Positions 28,883-38,641 of a stretch of DNA of 61,824 nucleotides are shown piece after piece. The DNA comes from Acidobacteriota bacterium (GTDB taxonomy: Bacteria; Acidobacteriota; JAQAZP01). The DNA lies in contig JAQAZP010000049.1 in NCBI GenBank assembly GCA_032127265.1, positions 1-61,824 of the forward strand, read 5' to 3'. Below the pieces are notes generated by a model. That model saw only the letters and a list, made by a program, of their open reading frames with translations. It did not search any database and had not been told where the DNA came from. The translations under genes and the position numbers were made by a program. Position 1 is the stretch's first letter; the number at the start of each line of letters is the position of its first letter.

Positions 28883-31294
28883 ATGCCGCAGCACCATGAA
28901 GCCCTGATATTCACCCGGCGACCCCGCAGGAATGCCTTCCTGGCCGCCCTGGCGGCCGCGGCACTGACCCTGCCGCTTTGCGGCCCGCCGGCCATGGCCG
29001 ACACACCCAACCACAAGACGGTGCGCCGCCGGTCCGCCGATTGCCAGCTGTTGCTCACCGAGAAAGGCCTGCTGGGCTACGACGTATCGAAGCCGGAGGC
29101 GGACATTCAAGGGGCGAGAAAGCTCGGGATGGCCGGGGATCTGGCCGGAGCCTTGCGGATTCTGGACAAAACTGGAGAAGAGCTCCGCCGGGCGTCATAT
29201 CCCTGGAGCGGCCCGCCAACGGTGACCATGGTCACCGGCATGCCGCTGGCCCCTGCCGGCAAGACCTCAGAGACGTCACTCACCAGCGGGGGTCTCAGCC
29301 TACAGTTCGACAATTCGGGCCGCATGACCGGGGTGACGCTGGACGGCCGGGACGTTGGTTCCAGGGTGGCCGGCGGCTTCTACGCGGTGGACGCGGCCAC
29401 CGGCAAGGAGGGCATGTTCTCCGGCCGCTTCACCGAAAGCGGGGACGGCAACCTGTTCGCCGGGACCATTGACGGCCTTCAGACCGCACTCGAAGCCCGG
29501 TTCGTCAACCGCCGTGACTGTCTAGAGGTCGAGGGGACACTGCGTGATACCTCCGGCACCGACCGGGCTATGGTGCTCTGCTTCAAGATTCCGCTCCAGG
29601 GTTCCGGATTCACCTGGTGGGACGATGCGGAACTGGCGATCAACATCCCCGCCACGGCCTGCATTCTGCAGAATTCCGCACCGGCTTTCCTGGAAAACAA
29701 TGGCAGCCGGCTGATCTCCACCTATCCCCTGGCCTGCGTCGGCGACCAGCGGGCAGGCCTGGTGCTGGGGACCGCCATCCACCACCCGGCCGTCTTCCGC
29801 CTGTCCTACGACGGCCGGGACCAGACCCTCAATCTCTATTACGAGTTCGGTCTGACAACGGCAACAACGGCATTCCCCGGTGAAGCACGGTTCCGCTTCG
29901 TGGTCTACCCGCTGGCAGAACCGGCCTGGGGTTTCCGGTCGGCCCTCGACTCGTATTACCGCATCTATCCCCAGGCCTTTGCCGGCCGCGCCGAGAATGC
30001 CGGGCTCTGGGGCACGGTGGAGGCGGCCGCGGCGCTGGGGGAAGAATACAAGCAAATGGGATTCGCCTTTCTTCAGGGCGAGAACCAGAACCCGCGGTGG
30101 GGCAAACAGCTCGGCCTCTGGTCGCTCCGCTACTGCCAGCCCTGGTCCTTCCTCGTCCCCGGCGCCACCGAACCGGCAAAGGGCCAACTGAAGAAGCTGG
30201 CATCCGATCCGGCGATGCTGAATCTCCAGTCATCGCACCGCCTGGTCTTCGGGCCGGTGACCGCCGGAGAACTGGTTCGCGCAGCGGAAGTGTCGGTGAT
30301 CCACGACCAGGACGGTGAACCGGTGGGTGAGCCGGACCCGGTGCACCACGGGGTGAAATACATTCTGAACCCCGACCCGGATATCGTAGGCGAACGGGGA
30401 GAGCGCAATACCGCCAAGCTGGCCATGGCTGAAGCCATCATGCCCACGGTTCGTAATCATTACAAAGCCAACGGTCAATCCCGCTGGGGCCTCTTCATCG
30501 ACGTGGCCGGATCACTGGTCAAACACGAGAATTATCGCCGGAGCCACATGGCCTTTGCCAACTTCCCCCTGACCTTCGACGGGAACACAAAGCGCCCGGT
30601 GATTTTCGGCCTCTCCTCGGCCTGTGAGTATCTGGCCTACGTCAGGGCCTTTACCGAACGCGAGGGAGGGATGGTAGGGGTCAACACCTCACCCCATCCC
30701 TACAACATGATTTTTCTCGCGCCATTTTGCGACATGGCGGGCACCGAGCACCTGCCCGGGCGGCGGGAGATGAACAACCGGCGGGCCCTGGCCGGCAAAC
30801 GGCCTATCGGTTTCCGCACGGTGGAGAGCTGGGAGGAACTGCTGAAGCAGGGACTCTTCTACGGTGTCTTCCCTTCGCGGGTGCCGCCGGGAAAGGTGCG
30901 AACCGTTCTTGAGCACCTGGAACTGGCAAAACCGCTGCTCACCCGGGTAGTGCCGCTGATCAAGACGGTGGCGTCGGCCGGTTGGGAACCGGTGACCCGT
31001 GCCCGCACCGGTGACCCCGGCCTGCTGGTGGAACGATTCGGCGGTTTCGATTCAGGGCCGGTCTACCTCACGGTCTGGAACCGGACGGAAAAGGAACGAG
31101 AGGTGGTGCTGGGCCTGGACGATACGGCCGGCCCCTGGTGCGGTGACCGGCCAGTGGCCGCGGAACTGGCCGGCCAGCGAAAGCTGACCACCACGGCAGG
31201 CACCATCCGCCTGCGGCTCCCGGCTGACGAAGTGGCTGTAATCCGTCTGGATAAAGCCGGTGCGCAGCCACCCGCTGCCCTGGCGAGCCACTGA
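28883..31294 (+). CDS. Large exported hypothetical protein (possible glycoside-hydrolase-like fold)
   Basis: 803-aa ORF with GAGGAG RBS and an Arg-rich signal peptide ending AMA-D. No family recognised with confidence. Confidence 0.6.
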   Translation: MPQHHEALIFTRRPRRNAFLAALAAAALTLPLCGPPAMADTPNHKTVRRRSADCQLLLTEKGLLGYDVSKPEADIQGARKLGMAGDLAGALRILDKTGEELRRASYPWSGPPTVTMVTGMPLAPAGKTSETSLTSGGLSLQFDNSGRMTGVTLDGRDVGSRVAGGFYAVDAATGKEGMFSGRFTESGDGNLFAGTIDGLQTALEARFVNRRDCLEVEGTLRDTSGTDRAMVLCFKIPLQGSGFTWWDDAELAINIPATACILQNSAPAFLENNGSRLISTYPLACVGDQRAGLVLGTAIHHPAVFRLSYDGRDQTLNLYYEFGLTTATTAFPGEARFRFVVYPLAEPAWGFRSALDSYYRIYPQAFAGRAENAGLWGTVEAAAALGEEYKQMGFAFLQGENQNPRWGKQLGLWSLRYCQPWSFLVPGATEPAKGQLKKLASDPAMLNLQSSHRLVFGPVTAGELVRAAEVSVIHDQDGEPVGEPDPVHHGVKYILNPDPDIVGERGERNTAKLAMAEAIMPTVRNHYKANGQSRWGLFIDVAGSLVKHENYRRSHMAFANFPLTFDGNTKRPVIFGLSSACEYLAYVRAFTEREGGMVGVNTSPHPYNMIFLAPFCDMAGTEHLPGRREMNNRRALAGKRPIGFRTVESWEELLKQGLFYGVFPSRVPPGKVRTVLEHLELAKPLLTRVVPLIKTVASAGWEPVTRARTGDPGLLVERFGGFDSGPVYLTVWNRTEKEREVVLGLDDTAGPWCGDRPVAAELAGQRKLTTTAGTIRLRLPADEVAVIRLDKAGAQPPAALASH

Positions 31295-31460
31295 CCCGTG
31301 GCTGCCGCGGGAGATCAGGGAAAGGCACGGCGGTGCCCAAACTGTCACTGCGAGAAGCCCGCGGAGCGGGCTTAGCTTCAGACTACACTAGACCGGTTCG
31401 GTATCCGCAGAGAACGCCAAGTCGCAGGCTGCGCCTGCTCCTCGCGATGACAAGAGAAGG

Positions 31461-33167
31461 TCAGTCCGCTGGCGCCAGCTGGGGCCGGCGCAGTTGGGCC
31501 CCGCCGCCGAGGTAGACCACGTCGTCCCACCCGGCGTGGCGCAGGAATCGCGCCGCCTCGTGGGAGCGCAGACCCTTGGCGCAGACCACGAGCAGCGGTT
31601 TGTTCGCCGGCAGTTCGGCAATCCGGGCCCGCAGTTCGGTAAAGGGCAGGTGGATCGAATCGGCGAAACCGGGGTCGGCCGATTCCCGCTCCTCATCCTC
31701 CCGCACATCCACCACCAGCCGCCCTTCCAGTTGCGGGTCCCCTGGCACCACTTGTGGCGGCAGGAAACGAATACCGTCCTCCTCGTTGTTCAGGGCCAGC
31801 GCCGCCAGTTGGTGCAGCGGGTCAAGGGCGTTGGCGTAGGGCGGCGAGTAGGCAAACTCCAGATCGAGAAGATCCTTCACCACGCCGCCGCGCTGGAGCA
31901 GACCGGCCAGCACGTCCACCTCGCGGACCACCTCACCGAGACCCACCGCCTGCAGGCCGAGGATCCGCAGGGTCTGCGCTTCGTAGATCAGTTTGAGATG
32001 CATGCCGCTGGAATCAGGGTAGTAGGCCGGACGGTCCTCGAAGGAACCCCACGCGGCCCGGGCATCGATCCCCGCGGCCCGGGCCGCTGCCTGGGAGAGT
32101 CCGGTGGATGCGGCGGTGATGTCAAACACCTTCACCACGGCACTGCCCAGCACCGGAGCGGACAGTTCCTCGCGGCCGGCCAGACGGTTGCCGATCAGCC
32201 GGCCCTGCCGGTTGGCCAGCGATCCCAGCGGCAGGTAGACCGGCCGGCCGGTGAGGTGGTGGATCAACTCGACGCAGTCACCGGCGGCATAGATTCCCGG
32301 ACGGCTGGTGGCCATTCCGCGGTCCACCACCAGTCCGCCGCAAGGCCCGGTTTCCAGACCGGCCGCCGCGGCAAATCCCGCGGCCGGCCGCACACCCAGC
32401 GCACAGACCACGGCATCGGCACTGAGGGTTCCCCCGCCGTTCTCCAACTCGACCTGCATCACTTCGTCCGACTCCGCGAGCCGCAGTACCGAGTGGCCCA
32501 GATGAAGGGTCACACCGTTCTCCCGCAGGTGGGCCTGCACCGGGGCGGCCATCTCAGGGTCGAGCATCCTCGGCAGAACCTGCGGTGCCGCTTCCACCAG
32601 GGTGACCTCCGCACCCCACATGGAACCGTAGGCCTCGGCCGCCTCGCAGCCGATGAAGCCGCCGCCCGCCACCACCACCGACCCCACCCGGCCCTGTTCC
32701 AGATCGGCGCGCATCCGCCGGACCTCGTCGATGCTCCGCAGGTAGTGCATCCGCGTGGACCGGTTGTCGAATCCTGCCGGCGCGATGGGATCACTGCCGG
32801 TGGCCAGCACCAGTGCATCCCAGGAGAGTTCAAACGGCTCGCCGCTGGAGGTATCCCGCCCCCGCACCGTCTTCGCCTCCGGGTCGATGGCTTCCACCTC
32901 CATCCCGGTTTTCACGTCCAGGCCCTTCACCGCGGCAAAGAACGCGGCGTCCCGCAGGACGCCGTAGGGAGTGGACCGCAGTTCCGCCGGGCTGCCCACG
33001 TCCCCGGAGAGAAAGTATGGCAATCCGCAGGCGCTGACCGAGATGCGGTCGGTGCGGTCGAGGACGGTGATCTTCGCCCCGGGCATGAGGCGTCCGGCCC
33101 GGGCGGCGGCCCGCAGGCCCGCGGCCGAAGCACCGATGACCACGATTCGCAAATGCTCTGAACTCAT
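31461..33167 (-). CDS. CoA-disulfide/persulfide reductase-family flavoprotein with a C-terminal rhodanese domain
   Basis: IGASAAG, SVSACGLPY (redox Cys), GGGFIG, IYAAGD, AYSPPY, and rhodanese DVRE..VVCAKGLRS. Confidence 0.88.
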   Translation of the reverse strand: MSSEHLRIVVIGASAAGLRAAARAGRLMPGAKITVLDRTDRISVSACGLPYFLSGDVGSPAELRSTPYGVLRDAAFFAAVKGLDVKTGMEVEAIDPEAKTVRGRDTSSGEPFELSWDALVLATGSDPIAPAGFDNRSTRMHYLRSIDEVRRMRADLEQGRVGSVVVAGGGFIGCEAAEAYGSMWGAEVTLVEAAPQVLPRMLDPEMAAPVQAHLRENGVTLHLGHSVLRLAESDEVMQVELENGGGTLSADAVVCALGVRPAAGFAAAAGLETGPCGGLVVDRGMATSRPGIYAAGDCVELIHHLTGRPVYLPLGSLANRQGRLIGNRLAGREELSAPVLGSAVVKVFDITAASTGLSQAAARAAGIDARAAWGSFEDRPAYYPDSSGMHLKLIYEAQTLRILGLQAVGLGEVVREVDVLAGLLQRGGVVKDLLDLEFAYSPPYANALDPLHQLAALALNNEEDGIRFLPPQVVPGDPQLEGRLVVDVREDEERESADPGFADSIHLPFTELRARIAELPANKPLLVVCAKGLRSHEAARFLRHAGWDDVVYLGGGAQLRRPQLAPAD

Positions 33168-33177
33168 GTCTCGCCTT

Positions 33178-34029
33178 TCAGATCCTGGGCTCCTCCGCCG
33201 CGGCCGGGGCCGGCTGGCAGACGGGGCAGAAATAGGTGCTGCGTCCCTGCTGCACGATCCGATTCACCGGTGACCGGCAGCGCCGGCAAGGGTCGCCCTC
33301 GTGTCCGTAAACCGTCAGGAACTGCTGGAAGGAACCGGATTCCCCCGCGGAGTCCTGGAAATCGGAGAATGTGGTGCCGCAATGACGGATGGCACGACGG
33401 AGGATGTTCACCGTGGCCGCGTGCAACCGGCGTATCTCGGGCCTTTCCAGCGACCCGGCCGGCCGGGAGGGGTGCAGACGGGCCTGGGCGAGGATTTCCG
33501 AGGCGTAGATATTGCCCAGCCCGGTGATGCGGTCCTGGCGCAGGAGCCACGGCTTGATCTCCTGGCGGCTTCCCGCCAGCAGCTGCCGCAGCAGCCCGGG
33601 GGTGAATCCGCCGGCAGCGGGATCGATTCCGGTGGGCTGCAGCGTGTCCAGTTCCCCGGTCAGCCGGAGCACCCCGAAGCGCCGCGGGTCGACAAAATCC
33701 ACCTGGCCGCCCTCGAGGATCAACCGGGCCCGGAGGTGCGGATAGCCGGCCGGGTCGGGAGGTCCGGCCCCGGGTTGCCAGAGCAGCCTGCCGGTCATCC
33801 GCAGGTGGATCGAGAGCCAGAGACGGGGGCAGGACCGGGTCCGGCGATCCAGTTCCAGCACTACCTGCTTGCCCAGTCTGAAGACCCGTGACACGCGGCT
33901 GCCGCGGACCCGCCCTGTTGAAATGGCGCCCAGCAGAAAGTCATGAATCCGCAGAGAGCGCACCGCCCGCCCGCTGATCAGCGGGTCCAGTTGACAGGCC
34001 ACGGTTTCCACTTCGGGCAGTTCCGGCAT
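33178..34029 (-). CDS. mutM: Formamidopyrimidine-DNA glycosylase
   Basis: N-terminal MPELPEVET, HLRMTG, GLGNIYASE, and a C-terminal CxxC..CxxC zinc finger. Confidence 0.96.
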   Translation of the reverse strand: MPELPEVETVACQLDPLISGRAVRSLRIHDFLLGAISTGRVRGSRVSRVFRLGKQVVLELDRRTRSCPRLWLSIHLRMTGRLLWQPGAGPPDPAGYPHLRARLILEGGQVDFVDPRRFGVLRLTGELDTLQPTGIDPAAGGFTPGLLRQLLAGSRQEIKPWLLRQDRITGLGNIYASEILAQARLHPSRPAGSLERPEIRRLHAATVNILRRAIRHCGTTFSDFQDSAGESGSFQQFLTVYGHEGDPCRRCRSPVNRIVQQGRSTYFCPVCQPAPAAAEEPRI

Positions 34030-34158
34030 CAGCCTCTCCCTCCGGGCGGCTCTGCCTCTGGCAAGCCCGGGCCCGGGACGAAAAGCTGATGATATTCCTC
34101 GTCCGGACGGATGTCCAGGATCGGCCTTCCAGCATGGGTTTTGACCCGTGAATTCCCC

Positions 34159-34187
34159 TTGCATTGTGGGTGATTCTGGCCTATTCT
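34159..34187 (+). promoter_or_regulatory. Putative sigma70 promoter of PFOR
   Basis: TTGCAT-17 nt-TATTCT. Confidence 0.5.
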
Positions 34188-34363
34188 GTGCGCTTGCTTA
34201 ACAACCGCTATCCGCGGCATCGGGTTCTCCGGAGCCATGGATACGGACAACTTGCGTAGTGGCAGTCACTTACAACCCGGCACAGAGTCGCGCCGGGCGG
34301 CGGGATCGGCCCGCCCGAGGCGTCCCCTCAGGACGCCGGAAAGAACGCCTAGGGAGAGTTGAA

Positions 34364-37300
34364 ATGGCACGACGGAAGATTACCATCGACGGCAACGAAG
34401 CCACAGCATCCGTGGCCCACCGGATCAATGAGGTCATCGCCATCTATCCCATCACCCCCTCGTCCAACATGGGCGAGTGGGCCGATGAGTGGGCGGCCAA
34501 AGGGATGAAAAATATCTGGGGCAACGTGCCCCAGGTGGTTGAGATGCAGTCCGAGGGCGGTGCTTCGGCCGCGGTGCACGGATCGCTGCAGGCCGGCGCC
34601 CTGACCACCACCTTCACCGCCTCCCAGGGGCTGCTGCTGATGATCCCCACCATGTTCAAGATCGCTGGTGAGCTGACTTCCACGGTCTTCCACATCTCGG
34701 CCCGGACCATCGCCACCCACGCCCTCTCCATCTTCGGCGACCACTCCGACGTCTATTCAGTCCGCCAGACCGGCTGGGGCATGCTCTCCTCCGGCAGCGT
34801 TCAGGAAGCGCACGACATGGCGGCCATCGCCACCATGTGCACCCTGGAATCACGCATCCCCTTCCTCCACTTCTTTGACGGCTTCCGCACATCCCACGAA
34901 GTGAGCAAGATCGAGGAACTGACCGACGACGATCTGCGCACCCTGATGGATGCGGGCATGATCCGGATGCACAAGGAGCGGGCTCTCTCTCCTGAACGGC
35001 CGAAGATCAGGGGCACCTCGCAAAACCCCGACGTCTTCTTCCAGGCCCGCGAGACCATCACCCCCTACTACGAAGCCTGCCCCGGCATTATGCAGGAGAT
35101 GATGGACCGCTTTGCCGAGCTCACCGGCCGCCAGTATCAGCTGTTCGACTATGTCGGTCACCCCGACGCCGAGCGGGTGATCGTGGTCATGGGTTCTGCC
35201 GCCGACACGGTTCACGAAACCGTCGAATATCTCAACAATCAGGGCGAGAAACTGGGCGTGCTCAAGGTCCGGCTTTTCCGGCCCTTCGCCCCGCACCAGA
35301 TGCTGGCCGCCCTGCCGGAATCGGTGAAAGCCATCGCCGTCCTCGACCGGGCCAAAGAGCCGGGCTCATCGGGCGAGGCGCTCTACACCGACATGCTCAC
35401 CGCGCTGGCCGAAGGCCGGACCGAGGGCTACTCCCAGTTCGACACCGATCCGAAGGTCATCGGCGGCCGCTACGGGCTCTCTTCCAAGGAATTCACTCCG
35501 GTGATGGTCAAGGCGGTCTTCGACGAGCTGACCAATGACCCGCCGAAGAATCATTTCACCGTGGGGATCAACGACGACGTCTCCAACAGTTCGCTGACCA
35601 TGGACCCCAGCTTCGACACCGAATCGGACAACGTGACCCGCGGCGTGTTCTTCGGCCTCGGTTCCGACGGCACGGTGGGCGCGAACAAGAACTCGATCAA
35701 GATCATCGGCGAAGAGACGGACAACTACGCCCAGGGCTACTTCGTCTACGACTCGAAAAAGGCGGGTGCGGTGACCGTGTCGCACCTCCGCTTCGGCCCG
35801 GATCCGATCCGTTCGATCTACCTGATCAAGAAGGCCAACTTCGTCGCCTGCCACCAGGTGGTGTTCCTCGAACGGTACGACATGCTGGCCTACGCCCAGC
35901 CGGGCGCGGTCTTCCTGCTCAATTCCCAGGCAAAGCTGGAAGATGTCTGGGACACCCTGCCCCGCGAGGACCAGCAGTCGATCATCGACAAAAAGATCCG
36001 GTTTTACGCCATCGACGCCTACCAGGTGGCACGGGAAACCGGCATGGGGGTGCGGATCAACACCATCATGCAAACCTGCTTCTTTGCCATCTCCGGCGTG
36101 CTGCCCCGCGACGAGGCCATCGCCCAGATCAAGAAGGCGATCAAGAAGACTTACGGCAACAAGGGCGAGGAAATCGTCAAACTGAACTACAACGCCGTGG
36201 ACCAGACCCTGGCCCACCTCCACGAAGTACAGGTGCCCGGCGTGGTGACCTCCACCATGACCCGGCCGCCCACCGTTTCTCCGGAAGCTCCGGAGTTCGT
36301 GCAGAACGTCACCGCCGAGATCATCGCCGGCCGCGGCGACGACCTGCCGGTGAGCGCCTTCCCCGCCGACGGTACCTGGCCCGTCTCCACCACCCAGTGG
36401 GAGAAGCGGAACATTGCCCTCGAGATCCCGGTCTGGGAGCAGGACATCTGCATCCAGTGCAACAAGTGCGCCATGGTCTGCCCCCACGCCGCCATCCGGC
36501 CCAAGGTCTACGACCTGCAGCACCTCGAAGGCGCGCCCACCACGTTCAAGTCGGTGGACTACAAGGGCCGCGAGTTCCCGGGAACCAAATATACGCTGCA
36601 GGTGGCGCCCGAGGACTGCACCGGCTGCGAGCTCTGTGTCAGGGCCTGTCCGGCCAAGGACAAGGAGAACCCCGAGCGCCTGGCGATCAACATGACCCCG
36701 CAGCCCCCGCTGCGCGAGACCGAGCGCGAGAACTACGAGTTCTTCCTCAACATTCCCGACCCGGACCGCACCAAGGTCAAGACCGACACCAAGGGGACCC
36801 AGTTCTTCCGTCCCCTCTTCGAGTATTCCGGCGCCTGTGCCGGCTGCGGTGAGACCCCCTACGTCAAACTGCTGACCCAGCTCTTCGGTGACCGGGCGAT
36901 CATCGGCAACGCCACCGGCTGTTCCTCGATCTACGGCGGCAACCTGCCCACCACCCCCTACACGGTCAACGCCGACGGCCGCGGTCCCTCGTGGTCCAAC
37001 TCGCTCTTCGAAGACACGGCGGAATTCACCTACGGGTTCCGGCTGGCCGTGGACCAGAACCGAGTGGTGGCCGAGAACCTGCTCAAGGAACTCAGCCCGA
37101 AGATCGGCCAGATCCTGGTGGACGAGATCCTCACCGCCGACCAGGCGGGTGAGAAGGCCATCGCTGACCAGCGGTCGAGGGTCTCGGCTTTGAGGGAGCA
37201 GCTGAAGGGCTTCGACGACCCGGCGGCCGAACAGCTGGCCCAGCTGGCCGAGTACCTGGAACGCAAGTCAATCTGGGGCGTGGGCGGTGACGGCTGGGCT

Positions 37301-37951
37301 TACGACATCGGCTACGGCGGTCTGGACCACGTCCTGGCCTGCAACCGCGACGTCAACCTCCTGGTGCTGGATACCGAGGTGTACTCCAATACCGGCGGTC
37401 AGGCATCCAAGGCCACACCCATCGGGGCGATGGCCAAGTTCGCCATGGGCGGCAAGGCCATTGCCAAGAAAGACCTTGGCATGATGGCCATGAGCTACGG
37501 TTACGTCTACGTGGCCCAGGTGGCCATGGGAGCCAGGGATGCCCAGACAGTGAAGGCCTTCCTCGAGGCCGAATCCTATGACGGGCCCTCGCTGATCATT
37601 GCCTACTCCCACTGCATCGCCCACGGCTTCAACCTGTCCGACGGTCTCGAGCAGCAGAGGCTGGCGGTGGAAACCGGGTACTGGCCGCTCTACCGCTTCG
37701 ACCCCCGCCGGGCAGCCCTGGGTGAAAACCCGCTGCAGCTGGATTCCAAGGCGCCGAAGGGAAAATTCGAGTCCTATGCGCTCAACGAAACCCGCTACCG
37801 CATGCTGCAGAAAATCAACCCCGAGCGGGCAAGAATGCTGCTGGACCACGCCCAGGTAACCGTGGATGCCCGATTCAGAAAATATGAACAGATGGCCGGG
37901 ATGGATTTCTCGAAGTCCACCGAGGGTACATCCGGGGACGGAGACGCGTAA
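34364..37951 (+). CDS. nifJ: Pyruvate:ferredoxin (flavodoxin) oxidoreductase
   Basis: AIYPITPSS, QSEGGA, two CxxCxxCxxxCP ferredoxin motifs, GACAGCGE, and the TPP motif GGDGWAYDIG..YSNTGGQ. Confidence 0.97.
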   Translation: MARRKITIDGNEATASVAHRINEVIAIYPITPSSNMGEWADEWAAKGMKNIWGNVPQVVEMQSEGGASAAVHGSLQAGALTTTFTASQGLLLMIPTMFKIAGELTSTVFHISARTIATHALSIFGDHSDVYSVRQTGWGMLSSGSVQEAHDMAAIATMCTLESRIPFLHFFDGFRTSHEVSKIEELTDDDLRTLMDAGMIRMHKERALSPERPKIRGTSQNPDVFFQARETITPYYEACPGIMQEMMDRFAELTGRQYQLFDYVGHPDAERVIVVMGSAADTVHETVEYLNNQGEKLGVLKVRLFRPFAPHQMLAALPESVKAIAVLDRAKEPGSSGEALYTDMLTALAEGRTEGYSQFDTDPKVIGGRYGLSSKEFTPVMVKAVFDELTNDPPKNHFTVGINDDVSNSSLTMDPSFDTESDNVTRGVFFGLGSDGTVGANKNSIKIIGEETDNYAQGYFVYDSKKAGAVTVSHLRFGPDPIRSIYLIKKANFVACHQVVFLERYDMLAYAQPGAVFLLNSQAKLEDVWDTLPREDQQSIIDKKIRFYAIDAYQVARETGMGVRINTIMQTCFFAISGVLPRDEAIAQIKKAIKKTYGNKGEEIVKLNYNAVDQTLAHLHEVQVPGVVTSTMTRPPTVSPEAPEFVQNVTAEIIAGRGDDLPVSAFPADGTWPVSTTQWEKRNIALEIPVWEQDICIQCNKCAMVCPHAAIRPKVYDLQHLEGAPTTFKSVDYKGREFPGTKYTLQVAPEDCTGCELCVRACPAKDKENPERLAINMTPQPPLRETERENYEFFLNIPDPDRTKVKTDTKGTQFFRPLFEYSGACAGCGETPYVKLLTQLFGDRAIIGNATGCSSIYGGNLPTTPYTVNADGRGPSWSNSLFEDTAEFTYGFRLAVDQNRVVAENLLKELSPKIGQILVDEILTADQAGEKAIADQRSRVSALREQLKGFDDPAAEQLAQLAEYLERKSIWGVGGDGWAYDIGYGGLDHVLACNRDVNLLVLDTEVYSNTGGQASKATPIGAMAKFAMGGKAIAKKDLGMMAMSYGYVYVAQVAMGARDAQTVKAFLEAESYDGPSLIIAYSHCIAHGFNLSDGLEQQRLAVETGYWPLYRFDPRRAALGENPLQLDSKAPKGKFESYALNETRYRMLQKINPERARMLLDHAQVTVDARFRKYEQMAGMDFSKSTEGTSGDGDA

Positions 37952-37971
37952 CATCCGGAAGTGATTATGTG

Positions 37972-38015
37972 AAAAGGCCGCGGTCCGGTTCGCCGGCAAC
38001 CGCGGCCTTTTTTTT
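37972..38015. terminator. Bidirectional rho-independent terminator between nifJ and the convergent peptide-modification operon
   Basis: AAAAGGCCGCGGT/ACCGCGGCCTTTT stem, with T8 on plus and A4 on the other side. Confidence 0.85.
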
Positions 38016-38070
38016 GAAGCGGCAACAAGCAACAAGATGCTGCCTGACTCCAACACTATGCGCACTTGTT

Positions 38071-38637
38071 TCAGTGGTGCCGAAGTATCAGTCGGATCAG
38101 GGGGGCCATCAGGCTCCGTTTCAGCCGATGGGCCATGTGGCCCGGTTTGCGCGGGTTGGCGTCCCGGAAGCCGTTACCGTCCCTGCGGCCCCCGCCCGCC
38201 AGCAGCACCCGCCACTTCCCCAGCCGTCCGGCAAGCGGGTTGACCCAGGTCCAGGGCCGGCGGGAGAGGTGGAGGCTGCGCTCCGGACCGTCGATGGCGG
38301 CCACCCGACCGAGCACCGTGTCGGGAAGGACCCAGGACCAGGCAGGGGAGTTATCCCCCATCTGGCAATACCAGCGGCGGCCGTCACCAGCCGTCCGTGC
38401 CATCAGGAACCGGTGAACCACCACCGTCTCACCCTGCTGCAGGGCAAGGATGTCACCGCAGCAGAGATCCCCGGGGGAGAGCGGATTGATGGTGACCCGG
38501 TGGCCCGGCAGCGCCACCGGATCCATACTGCGCCCCTCCAGCCGGAGGGTGAACTCCCGCTGGCCGTCCCGCCAGAGTTTCAGCACGGCGCTCTTCAGCG
38601 GCGGCCGCAACTCGCGGTTCGCATCATTCTCCCCCAC
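38071..38637 (-). CDS. S24/S26-family (signal-peptidase-like) peptidase without a membrane anchor
   Basis: GRSMDP (catalytic Ser), GDIL, VVHR and MGDN motifs of the Ser-His-type S26 fold. Confidence 0.8.
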   Translation of the reverse strand: MGENDANRELRPPLKSAVLKLWRDGQREFTLRLEGRSMDPVALPGHRVTINPLSPGDLCCGDILALQQGETVVVHRFLMARTAGDGRRWYCQMGDNSPAWSWVLPDTVLGRVAAIDGPERSLHLSRRPWTWVNPLAGRLGKWRVLLAGGGRRDGNGFRDANPRKPGHMAHRLKRSLMAPLIRLILRHH

Positions 38638-38641
38638 CCGT

